DNA of 64,000 nucleotides from NCBI GenBank assembly GCA_045837725.1, contig JBEWZL010000232.1, positions 62,001 through 126,000 of the forward strand. Direction: 5' to 3'. The stretch is from Vermamoeba vermiformis. Its lineage: Eukaryota. A program made the translations under genes and the position numbers. Under the pieces are notes generated by a model. That model made no database searches. It saw only the letters and a program-made list of their open reading frames with translations, and was not told where the DNA came from. Of the stretch, positions 1 through 13,556 are shown piece by piece; positions within the stretch are counted from its first letter, which is position 1, and every line of letters starts with the position of its first letter.

Positions 1-29
1 TATCGATTTACTAAATTTCATTCATTTAG

Positions 30-860
30 ACCAAGTCAAAAATGGTGGTCATTTAATGTACGGATGCGTAGCTGACATCATGGAGACGTATCCTAATTAC
101 GCTGGATACTTCTCATTCCACTTTGATTTGCTTGTGAATTACTGGAAATTCAACAACTTCGATAAAAACAAAGCTTGGATCTCGTACACGAACGACAACA
201 GTGGACCACATCCACTCTCGAAATTTCCAAACGATAGTACGAAGCCATGTAAGCACTCATACAAATCGCTTGATCATAGCGTTCTATATTATAGTAATTA
301 CCTATTTTAAAGCTGGATGGTACTGGTGGGGCACAAAATGGGGACTCGCAGCTTGTCGTAAAGCTATGAAAGAGCTGCCTCAACAATATAAAGACAAATT
401 AATAGCTAGTTATGGCGCTAATGATGTTATATGGCGCGGTAAGGCAATTTGATAAGAATATTGAATGTGTGAACTGCATCCAACGTTTGAAATTTAGGGA
501 TGGGGGATCTGTTCTACATACCTCAACGGATGAGACCCGAATTCGTGTCATTAACTCGCTTGTTCGTTAAGAGTGAAGTTTTTCTTGAAATAGCTATTCC
601 TACTATCCCCATAATCTTGGAAGCTCCAAGTGCGCCATTGAATCTAACTGGTAAAGCATTAAAAATTTATTTCATTCACTAGTTTCGGTTCAATTAAGCG
701 TATATTAATACCTTTTATAGGCGATTTTGATTGGTGGAGCCGACGCTTCGAGCAGTATTGGAAGCCAGAGTACCAGTTCGCACATCCCTTCAGGTTTCAT
801 GAATACGGCATGTACGCTAAATTTGGAGATATTATGAAACTAGGATACGCCGCAAAATAA
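30..860 (+). CDS. 3' part of STELLO/DUF288-like putative glycosyltransferase (multi-exon, 5' end outside window)
   Basis: Exons give GYFSFHFDLLVNYWKF..DKNKAWIS, W.WW..G..AC.KA, DLFYIPQR..EF..L..LF..SEVFLEIAIPTI and FAHPF, resembling the STELLO C-terminal region. TAA at 858-860. Confidence 0.6.
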
Positions 861-1139
861 AAAGATCGATTTAGGATCCGATCGACTATCTTTTTTTGGG
901 TGGAATGGATCGGCGTCGTTTAGCCCTATGCAATAAAGAATAGGAATTTAGTTCAACGTTGTGACTACACTGCGCATGTTCTTGGAAATTGACATTCAAA
1001 GATTCAAAATCAGTCATTTTGTTGTCTTCTTTGAATCCAAAATTGGATGCGATAAAATTTATTTGTTGCAGTTTATAAATTGGCATCGACATTATTTTCA
1101 TGCAACAACTTTATACAGCGCAACGTAAGAGTAAAAAGA

Positions 1140-2316
1140 ATGTGGAAACTTACCCTGTTTTGTTTGCTGTCGTTAACGGCTTTAAAGGCCTTAGCAGATT
1201 CGATAACCATTCAACAAGGTGTGAATGGATATACTTCTGGAAAATCCGTTGATATTAGTACTTTGTATGGCATCGGAGAGCCTGGTAAGAATACGAAGCT
1301 AATTAAGCCGGATGCAGTTTAATGTTGTAACGGCCTAAATTCTAAATTGAATCAATTGCAAAATTCCTTACCTTAGCGAATTAGTAATAGCAATGAGTCT
1401 TACGTGATTTAATTTCAAAGGTTCTTGGAATGACAACGGTTCGACTTTCGGCGATGGGGATGCGACCTGGTGTATTGGTTTATTGACCGTTCGTCCTGCC
1501 TATGGCTATGATATTAGCCCGCTGATGAGATTTGATGATTTGGATAAAGTGGTACCTGCTGGAGCCTATGTAACCAAAGCTACTTTGACTCTCAACGTTT
1601 TTGCCGATCGACCTGGCGCTAAGCTTATTGGCCGGTACTTGAACGTAGATTGGTACGCTGGGGACACTAGTAAGTACTATACTCCAAATTTTGGATCGAT
1701 GGTAACGATTTAAAATTGTCAAGATCTAAAATTAGATAATTCAAAATACTTACCGGATCTCGAATATAGTGGCTGGCGGAAAGGGCATTTGTGGCTGGAG
1801 ATACCGTAAAGAAGGAGTACAATGGTCTCAGCTCGGTGCCATGGGCGAAGGAACAGATCTGATAGCGGATGTAAACTTCGTTATGCCATCCGAAGGAACA
1901 ATTTCCGAATCTGATGGCCCAGTCTCAGTAGACCTTGACCCCTCTATTGTCCAGACTTGGATCGACACTCCGTCCAAGAACTACGGCTTTAAGCTTCAAA
2001 CCGACATTGCAGACGTTCACGTCGCGTTGGTGCAGATGCAGAACAAGGACTATCAAGGCGTAAAGACTCCGAAATTGACTATTGAATATACTACTGGACC
2101 CGCACCTCCTCGTCCTGCTCCTTCTAACACTCCTATTGCCTCTGGCATTCCTGTTGCTGGATCCGGATCGCCCACATCTAACGTTGGTAAGTCCCTCAGA
2201 TTTATATCAAACAATAGTATAGTATACTTACATAATTACTAGGCGGTAGTTCGGATGCTTCTAGACTGATCGGATCTGGCTTGCTTCTCATCGCGGGACT
2301 TGTTGCTCTTTTGTAA
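1140..2316 (+). CDS. Secreted, probably GPI-anchored DNRLRE/CBM96-like domain protein (4 exons)
   Basis: Signal peptide MWKLTLFCLLSLTALKALA. Motifs ITIQQGVNGY, LMRFDDL..VVPAGAYVTKATLTL, VQTWIDTPSKNYGFKL and PKLTIEY. Pro/Ser/Gly linker and hydrophobic end SSDASRLIGSGLLLIAGLVALL*. Confidence 0.7.
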
Positions 2317-2426
2317 ACGCTTGAAAAACTATTCGCTTGATGTTATATCGAGAAATTTAAGTAATTTAAGTTTAAAATGTAATAAATGTATTGTTAATAG
2401 TACTTTATAAGGCTATATATTCACAT

Positions 2427-4734
2427 CTAAGCGGATTTCTTGATCAGCGGTACGAAATATAACTGATTTCTTCGGTCAATTAACCAAGGCTGCAGTGCCA
2501 AGCCTATGATATAACGTATATTAATATATCATCCTATTGATAACTATTATTCTAAGAAAATAAGATGGCAAGTGAATTTCAGATTCAGATGCGGATTTGA
2601 GGATGAAAATTCATCTTACCTGCAAAAGCGCTGCCCAAGATACCGCAAGCGTACCAAAAACTGACAGAAGACAAGCAGAATTCTTTGTAAGCATCGTCAA
2701 TCTCTGAAGAAATCAGGTAGAAAGCGTTGACGTAGATCGAACCACCAATAAGACCTTCCCAAATAATAATAGGGAACAAGATCCAAATATTAGGAATGAA
2801 ATTCCAATACGCCACGGCCCTAAGTAAGCAAAAATATTATTATTTTCATCATTACAAAAATTCGGATCCAATTTAAGTTGGAATAATACTATTGTTCTGA
2901 ATAATAATATAAATATTACAATCAACTTACCATAAAAATACTAAATTGACCACTTGCAAGGTCGCTACAATGTACAATCGCTTGATCGGGAAGAAATTGA
3001 CCGACGAACGACTAATGAAGACACCGATTTGGTAGCTATTTTATACAATACTATAAGCTTACTATCGAAAAGTAAACTATGTAATATACTCACAGCAACG
3101 CGTAGTATCGATAGTCTCTATTGTCAGTGAAGAAGTACAAGTCCTTAGGGAATTGCAAAGCTGAAAAGTAGGTTAGATCCATCATTCATTTTTTTCGATC
3201 ACGTGCTACGCTACGTCTTAATGCATAGTACGTACCTTTAGTAACGCCCTGGTTGATAAGATATTCGGCGAAGTAAACCAAGAACAAAGGACCAGTGTAC
3301 TTAAGCAAGGCCTAGTGTTTTTTAAACTATTAGAACTCAATACATAATGTAAATTATAGTCCCAATACGTACGCCTTGCAATTTGAGTTTCATGGCAAAA
3401 GTCAACGGAGCCTTTTCAGTGGGCTGATTGACGGGTGTATCTTCAACTTCACCGCGGATCAATTTCTCTTGCTCAGCACGTTCTTTTCTCTTATCGTATC
3501 GTTCCATAATAAAGAAATAGCTAAAGTCGAGTTAGTTATGCTCGGTCAATATGAATCTATTCCTGTACCTGATGGTCATGAGAATGGGCAAGGGACAGCA
3601 GATCCAAAGAGTGATTTCAGAGCTCAAATGAATCCAGTCACGTGCTGCCAAGTAGATCAACGAGCCACCAATGCCCGCAGCTCCTGTACCACTGCTGTAG
3701 GATGACACCTGTCAACGTGGATTATTCAATGAACTCGTCTTTTTTGTCATAAAGTCACCAGGCCACAAAGAGTCATTATGACTCCAAGTTCCTATAATAT
3801 TGTATATAGGACTCAACTATAATCTACTTACAGTATTCCTATAAATTAATATCGTTAGCTATGCGAAAAAAAGTTCGTGAAAATATTGCGGATCACGTAC
3901 TTGTGGAAGTAAGACGACAGAGCCATGTACGTAATTTCTCCGAAACCACAGCTAATTGAAGCAAAAACGACACCTATGAGCTTAATCCAAACATTGGCGA
4001 AGAGTGCTGTGATTACAAACGATGCTGACGCCGTGAGAGTGATGAAGATGACACGTGCTCTGAGATATTTTTCAGTGAACACGAAGAGTGATAAATGAGC
4101 GGTGCAAAAATAGTACGTACCCGTAAGGAATAACATGCATAAAAAATGGTGCAATACCCTGCGCAGGAAGGAATTAAAAATTTTATCGGGGTTTAGGTGG
4201 ATCTGGTTGGAAAATCTACACGAATTATAGAGTAAATAATTGATTGTTTTAATTACCTGTGCGATCAAACCCGGTAAAATATCGGCTAATAATACAGCTG
4301 AGGTTGGAAGTGGATCTGTTGTGCCGTTTTCAAGCAAATCCGTCGCTTAATAAATAAATTAGCACGATCAAGAACATTAAAATAAATTAATCTCTTTAAA
4401 TAGATTATAGATAGATAAATCAGCTTTTTCGTTGGAAGTTTGCGATCGTCGTTTCATAAATTAATTTCATACCTGCCGACAAGAATACTACATATGCAAA
4501 ATTGTTCATAAGGCCGCAAATAAAAAATGCAGCTAAATTTCTGATTTTTTCTGGCCTGACTTTCGCTTCACCGAGATTAGATCGTGCATCTGTTCAACGG
4601 TTAGTCTTAATAGCGAATAATAATGCTATACAATTATTGTGATATGCGGTCGAATCGTCCATTGGATAAAGAATGCCATTCAAAAGATCTTTACCGTCAT
4701 CGACTTTGTCGTATGAGCTCTTCTTATTGCCCAT
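2427..4734 (-). CDS. CLN3: Battenin / CLN3 (BTN1) lysosomal membrane protein, multi-exon
   Basis: FFICGLMNNFAYVVFLSA, VLLADILP, GVVFASISCGFGEITY, EYLINQG, WEGLIGGSIYVNAFY..S.E...YKEFCL are CLN3 family motifs. Confidence 0.92.
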
Positions 4735-5115
4735 GCTTGACCTCCTCGAACAAATATTACAAATAATAGGACCCGTTCAAGAATACAATACAAAATAGTG
4801 CTTACAGTCTATTGTGGTTCATGACAATAACTGTTGGATTAAGTAGTTTCCTTTGTTGCTGATTTGTTGCTGCCACCCAACACATATTTCGATAAGCTGG
4901 AAACAACATCATCGTATCAATTCATTAATGACTTTTTGCCAAAACGCCATAGTATCCAACGAAATGTCGTTCGTTTTCCAAGTGTTGATCTGGATGATTG
5001 ATTAGGGCTTAAAAAAGCGAGACCATTTACTATTCTGGAGTTTCGAACCGATTTGCGGGCACTATAATCCATTTACTCGTACCTATACGTCAAATTTACT
5101 GAGTTTAATTTTTGT

Positions 5116-7055
5116 TCAAAGTAGTTGGTCACCAGCATAGTTCTTGATCCATTCTACAAGATCGTTCCTCTCGTGAGAAGACGCCACTTGCAGAACTGCT
5201 TTAGGGTCCCAAGGACACCCATTTTCTACTGCGTAATGAAGGCAGTCGATAGTTAGCGCTGTAGACTCGAAGGCGCAAGTGATGGTATCGGCGGACCAGG
5301 GCGCGCCATTCTCATGAGCGTATTTCAGCACTTCAAGACCCAAACCTTTTTTTAAAATCAGTGTGCAAGTGTTAGGTGTCCAAGGCACGCCTTTCTCGTG
5401 CATGAGTTTCAACATGTCGAACGAATTCGTCGCAATTTCCATTGCTCTGTCGTTAGTAGGGCCTACACAACCAACACTATTATTATCATATATGAATTAA
5501 GCACGTACTTACATCCGTGTTCAAGCGCGTATTCCAAACAATGGATGTGGCCACGATCAGCTGCGTAGACACAAACCAAAGCGTCCCAAGGACACCCGTT
5601 TTCATGGAGATATTTCAGCAGCTCGAGGTTACCACGATTTGCTGCTGATGCACAGGTCGATTCTTTCCACGTACAGCCTAGCCCGTGCAAGTACTTGACA
5701 ATCTCAAGCTCGTGATCGTTGACTGGGCTGATCGTGTTATCTATGATTGACGTTTTGACGAACGGAGCACCGTGCTCGATCAAATACTTTAACATGTCTA
5801 ATCTTCCAGTACGTGCTGCTACTGTCGCAACATCTAATCCTCTAGCTAATAGGCAGGCCGTTAGTTTTCAGCCAAGTACAATGGATCTTGTTGCACGTAC
5901 TAAAATTGGAAAACAATCCTTGTGACGGACGTGATTCGAAAGGACAGCCGTTCTCAACTAAGTACTTGAGTAATTCGAAGTAACCGTGCGTTGCCGCCAC
6001 TTTCATTGCAGCAACATCCCAAGTACCTGGATCCGTTAGACACGTGTCAGAAGTGCTAAAAAGTCACTTACATCCTTTGGCTCGCGCTTCTTTCACCATG
6101 TCGACGTCATTCATGTCTGCAATAGCTTCCATTAAATAGTTGCTCATAGGAGCACCGAGGCTGAGCGCAAAGCGAAGAAAGTCTTTGTGTCCTGCTTTCG
6201 CGGCCGCCTCACAAATAGTGTCGGGTATATTAAATCCTTTGTCAACGTAGTACTGCAACACTTCAATACTACCACCCATAGCTACGTAAGTCATATCTGC
6301 TTGGTCTAGCGGATTGTATTGTTCGATGAATTTAACCATCTCGAGATTTCCAGATCTAGCAGCTGCAGATCCAAGCCCTTGACTAGGCATCGAAGTCTCT
6401 ATGAAGAGAAGGTTAATATAAATCTAATACAACGATTTAAAGACTTACTGGACAAGATAAATTTCAACAGATCGATTTTTCCTGACTTGACCGCTCCCAA
6501 TGCAGTTTCCGAATTAGGCAAGATGTTCTTTTCAAGCATCAAATACTGCACGACGTGTTGCTGACCGCCTTCCGCCGCTTCGTTCAAAACGTCAGTGTCA
6601 AAAACCACATCGTGATCTTCCAAGATCTTCAAACAATCCAAAAATCCTCTTCCAGCTGCCAACTGCCCTTCACCTGACGTTATTGGCGCACCAGTTTCAA
6701 GAATATACTTCAACAAAGATGGGTAGTTCATGCGACAACAATACAGAGAAAGTAAATCCGCTCCATATAAGCAGAAAGCTGCTGTCGACTTGGGAATTCT
6801 CTTCGTTAATTCATAAAATGCCTTTGAAACCACTGCTAGCACGCTTATAATTAATTTGCGTGAAGGAACAATGCTTCGTTTCTGTGGATCGAAGCAAAAA
6901 TTGATAATTGTCGTCCATATCTCAATCGGAAGCTGCAATATAATATTAAACAATTATTATTCGATTGGGACATATTGGAGACAAAAAGTCCAATTTCAGA
7001 AAATCTATTATACCTTGAATAATAACTGGTGTTCGTCTTGAAAAATATTAGACAT
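5116..7055 (-). CDS. F-box-like + ankyrin-repeat protein, tandem copy 1 (GCPW-type repeats)
   Basis: MSNIFQDEHQLLFK|LPIEIWTTIINFC followed by repeats such as AANRGNLELLKYLHENGCPWD. The splice junctions checked keep frame. Confidence 0.85.
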
Positions 7056-7241
7056 TGTCTGTCGTGCTGCTTTGAATGAAACAAGTATACTGGCAGACTT
7101 TTTTGGCGAGCACGGCTTGTTTTGAACTGTCAACTTTTATTATTCCGTTTGATCTTCAACGTCAATCTCGTGAGATTAGCATTATGCCAAAGACGTAAGG
7201 ACTAGACTTCGAAAGCTATGTAAGAGTTTTACTTTGAAAAG

Positions 7242-9333
7242 TTAGTTCGTAACATAGTTTTTGACGATCCACTCGGCGATCTCGCTTTGGCTTGAATATT
7301 CTCGAGCTACAGCGAGAATACTTTGAGGGTCCCAAGGACATCCGTTGTCAATCGCGTACTTGAAGCACTTGAAACAGGTATTAATTGATTTGAGTCCATT
7401 CGCGATCGTTTCGTTAGTCCACGGGGCTCCGTTCTCATGCGCAAACTTCAACATCTCGTAATCTGAATGGCGTATCAGTGCAGTGCAAGTGTTGTTAGTC
7501 CAAGGAATGCCTCGTTCGTACAGGAGTTGAATCGTTTTAAGGGATCCAGACTCCGTTGCTGAGTCCATTGTTCTGACGTCCCAAGGGCCTGTATATGAAG
7601 GTTAAAAGACTAATTACCCTATTAAATCTATTGTGCTCGGCACTTACACGCATTATCGAGTGCGTATTTGAGGCATTGTACGTTGCCATTTCGTGCAGCG
7701 GAGGCGCAAGTGAGCTCGTCCCACGGACACTTGTTCTCGTGCAAGTACTGCAGCAGCTCAAGATGGCCACATCCTGCTGCTTTAGCGCACGTCATTGCAC
7801 TATAGGGACATCCCTTCTGCATCAAGTACTGAGTTACCTCCAGTTGGGCCTTGTTGAAAATACTGATCGAGTTGTCAATAATGTCATTGGGCCACGGGGC
7901 GCCGTGCTCCATCAAGTACTTCAAGCAGTCAATATGCCCGTTTCCCGCTGCGCGTGCAGTAGCATGGACTTTAGAGGCTGCAGGAATGTGTTATTGCTAC
8001 GAACATTGTACGTGTAAAACTTACTGTCATTAAACCCAAAGCCAAAGCCAAAGCCACCTACATTTTGCTCTGTCACAGGGTCCTCGAAAGGACAGCCATT
8101 ATCGACCAGGAACTTCAGTGCTTCGAAATTTCCTACCGTTACTGCTGCAATTATTGCCGAAGCATTCCAAGGACCTAACACAACGAAATATTCAAAAAAC
8201 ATGTTCGTGAAAACTCACTTTCGAGAATTCAAGCCACGATTTACAGCGCGCCAAATTTTGTTATGGCACGTGTAATAATAATTTCTGATTCATGGTGTCA
8301 AAAGTGTCAAAGTGTCACTTACATCCTTTCGCTCGCAGCTCTTTCATGAGCTCTACCTTGTTATTTTCTGCAAGAATTTTCATTAAGGCTGCGCTCGTCG
8401 GAGATCCGTGGTTGACAGCAAACTTGACGTAATCATCGTGACCTTCCGCTGCCGCAACGATACATGCCGCATCATCTTCCAACACGAATCCTTTGTCGAG
8501 AAAATACTGAAGCACTTCAATGCTGCCTGACCCCGCAGAGGCAGCGATATGAGTTTTTTGCAAAGGAGTGAATTGTTCGATGTATTTGACCATTTCTAAA
8601 CTTCCTGAGAGTGCTGCATTATAACCGAGATCCTCATACTCCACCGACGGGACCACTAATATAATAAAATTATAACGCTGAAGTCATTATGGATCTGTCT
8701 ACGTACAGTTTAGCAGGTACTTCACGAACTCGATCTTGCCAGTCTTGACGGCTAAGCCAACCGCACGTGTAGTGGGCTTAATTCCTTTGTCTATTATATA
8801 TTGTACGACCGACAAGTGATTTTTTCTCGCTGCTTCGTTCAAAATAAGTTCGTTAGCAACGCATCCGTGATCCTCCGTTATTTTCAGGCACTCAAGATGT
8901 CCTTCTCGCGCTGCATGAGTGATAGCTGCATCTACCATAATAGCTCCGTTCTTGAGCGCGTATTGTAATAAAGATGCGTAGCCATGTCTGCAACAGTAAA
9001 TTGCGATCGATCCCGCTCTTAGAGGTAGATCCAATTTGCTAGGACTGGTCAACTTCTTCGCCAATTGATAGAACTCTTTTGATACAAGAGCGAGAACGCC
9101 CTTAATTATTTTGAAAATGAAAGGTTGCGGATCAGCACTGAATCTTGCGACAGTGTTCCAAATTTCTAGGGGATGCTAATACATTATTAGCAAAATATAA
9201 CTAATAATATTATTGAAGGCGGAGGCGTAATTTATTATTGTTCTTAATTAATTCTGATCCATAATTTAAAATTATCGAGGTTGCTAAATACCTTTAACGC
9301 ACGTTGCTCGTCATCTTGAAATAGTAAAGACAT
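7242..9333 (-). CDS. F-box-like + ankyrin-repeat protein, tandem copy 2
   Basis: MSLLFQDDEQRALK|HPLEIWNTVARF; AAGCGHLELLQYLHENKCPWD repeats; same exon layout as copy 1. Confidence 0.85.
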
Positions 9334-10814
9334 TATTGTTGACTATAGTGATTATTAGCAGAGATATTTAAATAAACACTGGCGGGAACTTTTTCGACGT
9401 TTCATTTCCCGTCGCGAAATTTTTTGGTTCCATTTGAACGGGACCGGCAATAATATGACCTATCTCCGACTAATTAGTGTTATTATCAATGTTAAAAACT
9501 GAAGTTGTGTTTTTACTATCAATTTCAACGAAGCGCTTCGGGCTAGCTACTTGGGGACGTAAATTAACGCTACGCAACTGGAAGTTGTTAGTGCAAGTGA
9601 AAACACTGTATGCCCTTTCCAGCTCCGCCGTACACCTGCGAGAGTTGCATCCAAGTTGGACCTACTTCGAGGTACCTCAGAGCTGCCCAAGGGGTAGTGC
9701 TAGCTCTGCCGTTCAAGGTAGGAGTTATATCGAGCTGGTATAATATAATTTTGAAGTTTCCACCTCTAAATTTGCTCATGCATGCCACTTCTATTTTTGG
9801 CAACAACAGTTAACTCCGTAATAAAGTAAATATTATTTTTTTTAACGAATAACACTTTCTATTCGGTAATATCTCCGATTTCATGCGATAACTCGCTTGC
9901 AGCCCGTCCTTGCTAATTATCGCTATCACAGTAATATTTCCAAATTTAAATTTTGTTTACAGGAGCAGCTCAGGACCCTTTGTTCGTTTATTGAGAGAAG
10001 AGAGAACGATAAAATTGTATGTACGGACAAATAGTACAATTGTACTCAATAGACGTTCGTCACACTTAGAGATATGAATGAGATTGATATCCGTTTATCT
10101 AACTAATGAATGGATAGTGTATAGTTTATTTGTTCAATCAGTACATTTTACAAATCAAAGTATTCGTAAGGACACCAGATTTATTTTCTACGCAAATGTA
10201 CTGCCTAATTGTCTAATCTTGCAAAGAAAATACAGTGAAGTCGTCGTCGGGATTTATGATTGGAGGAGGAAAACAACCATTGTCGGAGCTTTTAGGTTTA
10301 TCGTCCCACTCTGGCATTGCTAGTTCTTCTTGTGTTGCTGTTCTTATTGGTGAGTTTGTTAAAAAACAAATTGAACGTTGACTTTAAAAGGAAAAAAAAT
10401 CCAGTTAAGGTTCAGAGAAAAAACCACGCGCCAAACCACGTGATAAACTTTGCAGTATTTGTTCGGGCAGGTTTGCTGACGGAGCCACTTTCGCTAATCG
10501 TGTTCCTTTTCAACTAAACTACAAACCCTTAAAAATTTAATGAGCAACGAAAATAAACGTACGCACATTGGGCGCTCAACTTTACTTAACATGCGTTTCA
10601 TTTAGACACAACTCATTCAATCGAACGCAGCTATTTTTATCGGACGGATTTTTACTACTTGTTCATAACGTTGTTCTCGATCCACTCCGCAAGCTTCATA
10701 GACAACGGGCTAGAAAATTTTTAGCATCGGTAAAATTTTATTCAAGAACAACAGTTACTTATGGTTCTCGCATCAAACAATATTTCGTGTTGTATCTACG
10801 CGTTCAACGGTTTA

Positions 10815-12875
10815 TCACTTTTTCAAAGCATTTTTTTCGATCCAATGAATAACCGCCCAATTATAGATTATCTTTGCCAATGTTAAAGTTTCTTGCGGGT
10901 TCCAAGGACATCCGTTTTCAACCGCGTACTCGAGACAGGGTAGTATGCCCTCTGTTGGACCATACGCCTTGAGTCCAGCGATAATGGTGTCTTCGGCCCA
11001 AGGTGCTCCGTTCTCGTGCGCGTACTTCAACATGTCCTCTGTGCCGCGACCTAAAAGCTTCGTGCACGAATCGCTAAGCCACGGGAGGCCTTTCTCGTGC
11101 ACTATTTTCAATACCGCGAGTGAGCCGAAAGACAGTGCCGCGTTCATTGTTTTGTAGTCCACAGGGCCTGTTCATTCGTTAGCGCCCGGGCAAAAAAAAA
11201 ATCACGTGTGTCGTTGTTTCGCAACTTACAATTGTTTGCAAAAGCGTATTGAAGACAATCAATTTTGCAACCCTGTGCAGCAGACTCGCACGTGCTTTCA
11301 TCCCACGGACACTTGTTTTCATGAAGAAACTTCAGTCCTATTAGATTACCACTTTGAGCGGCGTGTGCGGTCGTACGGACATCCCACGCACAACCGTACT
11401 CGCGCAAGTACTTCAAGGTTCCAAATAAATTCGTGTTGGAGTAATGATTGAAGACCAATTTGGTGATGATATCTCTTGGCCAGGGTGCGCCATGTTCCAT
11501 CAGGTACTTCAAGCAGTCAACGTGACCACGGTGCCCGGCACAGAGGGTGGCTTCGTTCGTGGGGCCTAGATAGGGATGTACGTAAGAATCATGCGATCAG
11601 ACAAGTCATTATAGGTTACCATAGTTGTATCCAAATCCGTAACGAAGCCACTTGTTTTGCGCTTGCTCGCCAAAAGGACAGCCGTTGTCGAGCAAGAATT
11701 TGAGTGCGTCAAAACAACCTTTGCTGGCAGCTTCTTTAATCGCGCCCCCATCCCAAGGACCTATCATATGTCGACCGTTAGTCAAACCGATCCTCACTTG
11801 ACACGTGTCATACATCCAATGTGTCAAAGTGTCACTTACATCCTCTCGCTCTCAACTCTTGCATTAACTCCACGTCGTTCATTTTTGCGACAGTTTGCAT
11901 CAATTCTTCGCTCATTGGAGCGCCGTGGTCGATGGCAAGCTTGACGTAGTTGAAGTGACCTTTCGTTGCGGCTGTCAAACAGACCAAATGATCGGTCAAT
12001 CCAAACCCTTTGTTGATATAGTACCGCAAGATCTCGACATTTCCGCATAGCGCTGAGCCAATGATGTTCTTTTGTTCCAAAGGAGTGTATTGCTCGATGT
12101 ACTTGACCATCTCAAGACTTCCTGACTTTGTCGCATCAAGCCCAATGTCGCTATAAGCTCGAAGATAAACGTCTAAAATATTAAGTTAGTTTGTCATTAT
12201 AATGGAAAGTTACAGCAGGCTTACAGTTCTGAAGATATTTGACCAAATCCACTCGTCCTGAACTAATTGCATGCATCATCGTCGTATCGACTGGTATAAT
12301 TCCCTTTCCGATCAAATATTCAACCACGTGCAACTGTCCTCTTTGCGCTGCGTCGTCAATAAGCCCGGGGCACAGTTTACATCTGTGATCCAAGAGCACT
12401 TTCAAGCAATCTAAGTGGCCGTTTTGAGATACAACAGTAGTGGCTTCTGTTGCCAAATACAAGCGGTTTTCAAGAGCGTATTTTAAGAGCGATGTATAAC
12501 CATAGTAACAGAGAAAAGCTGCTAAACCTCGTTGACCATACGGATGCGGCGTTTGTAGGGGCATCTTTTTGACCAGTTTGTTAAATTCCTTTGATAATGT
12601 TGCGAATACTTTGCGAATTGCCGTTATTGAAGCCAATTGAAACTGATCTGGCTCGCGGCAAAAATTAAAGATGATTTCCCAGACTTCCGCCGGTTGCTTA
12701 ATTAAATAAATAAGTAAATATTATTAATGTGTGGCCATAAGTACTGCCATAATTATTACACCGCTTAATTTTTCAAATGAAAATACGTTCTACTGTTCCA
12801 ACAAAATTCTTTAATTAGATGTCATCGGATTACCTTCAATAAGCGTTGCTCCTCGTCTATAAATAATAAGGACAT
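10815..12875 (-). CDS. F-box-like + ankyrin-repeat protein, tandem copy 3
   Basis: MSLLFIDEEQRLLK|QPAEVWEIIFNFC; AAQSGNLIGLKFLHENKCPWD repeats; same exon layout. Confidence 0.85.
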
Positions 12876-13556
12876 GCTTTGTATGATTTAATTAGAGCTA
12901 CTGATTGTGAGACGATTAATAGTGGATTCTTCGTGAGACGATAGCCCACAAACTGCGAGAAGGTCCATGCAAATGCATTGCCGTATCGATAGTTATGGTC
13001 TTGATTGGATGTAGTGTAAGTGTACAAAAAGAATCGACTCAAGTGAGTAGTGGTCGTGGTGTTGTTAGCAAGAAATATTTGTTATTTTTCAGTACCTTCG
13101 TTGGGACCACCAGCGCACATCATCTCTAATAAACTATCAAATATTATCGTCTTAACGACTAATGGAGCTGCATCCGGATAGAGTTTATGGCCGCGATCAG
13201 GATCCTAATCATTCTAAAAAAAAAACATTGGTACGAGCGAAGAATAATTATAATTATAATTATGCACCTTAAATTAGAATTCAGAATCCAACTTGCAAAT
13301 TACCAAGTTTAGGCCGAATTTTATCTGAACTTTTAAAGCAAATTTTCATAATCATAAAAAAATCTACGGATGAAAGTCCCTCCGTGCTATATTCGCGTTA
13401 TTGTCCTTTTCTAGCCACGTACCCAAATTTAATTTTTTTCTTTTTATGGAAACCAAATCTTATTTTTTTTGCCTCGCGAGGATCCATTTCAAACTCCAAA
13501 CCGTTGAATTCAACCACAAATCAAGAACTTATCTCTATCCTTTCTTCAGATCTTAA

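Noticed and set aside
9477-10020. Possible small spliced gene between ankyrin copies 2 and 3
   Set aside because: Some splice-like signals, but no recognisable protein, start or stop; not supportable.
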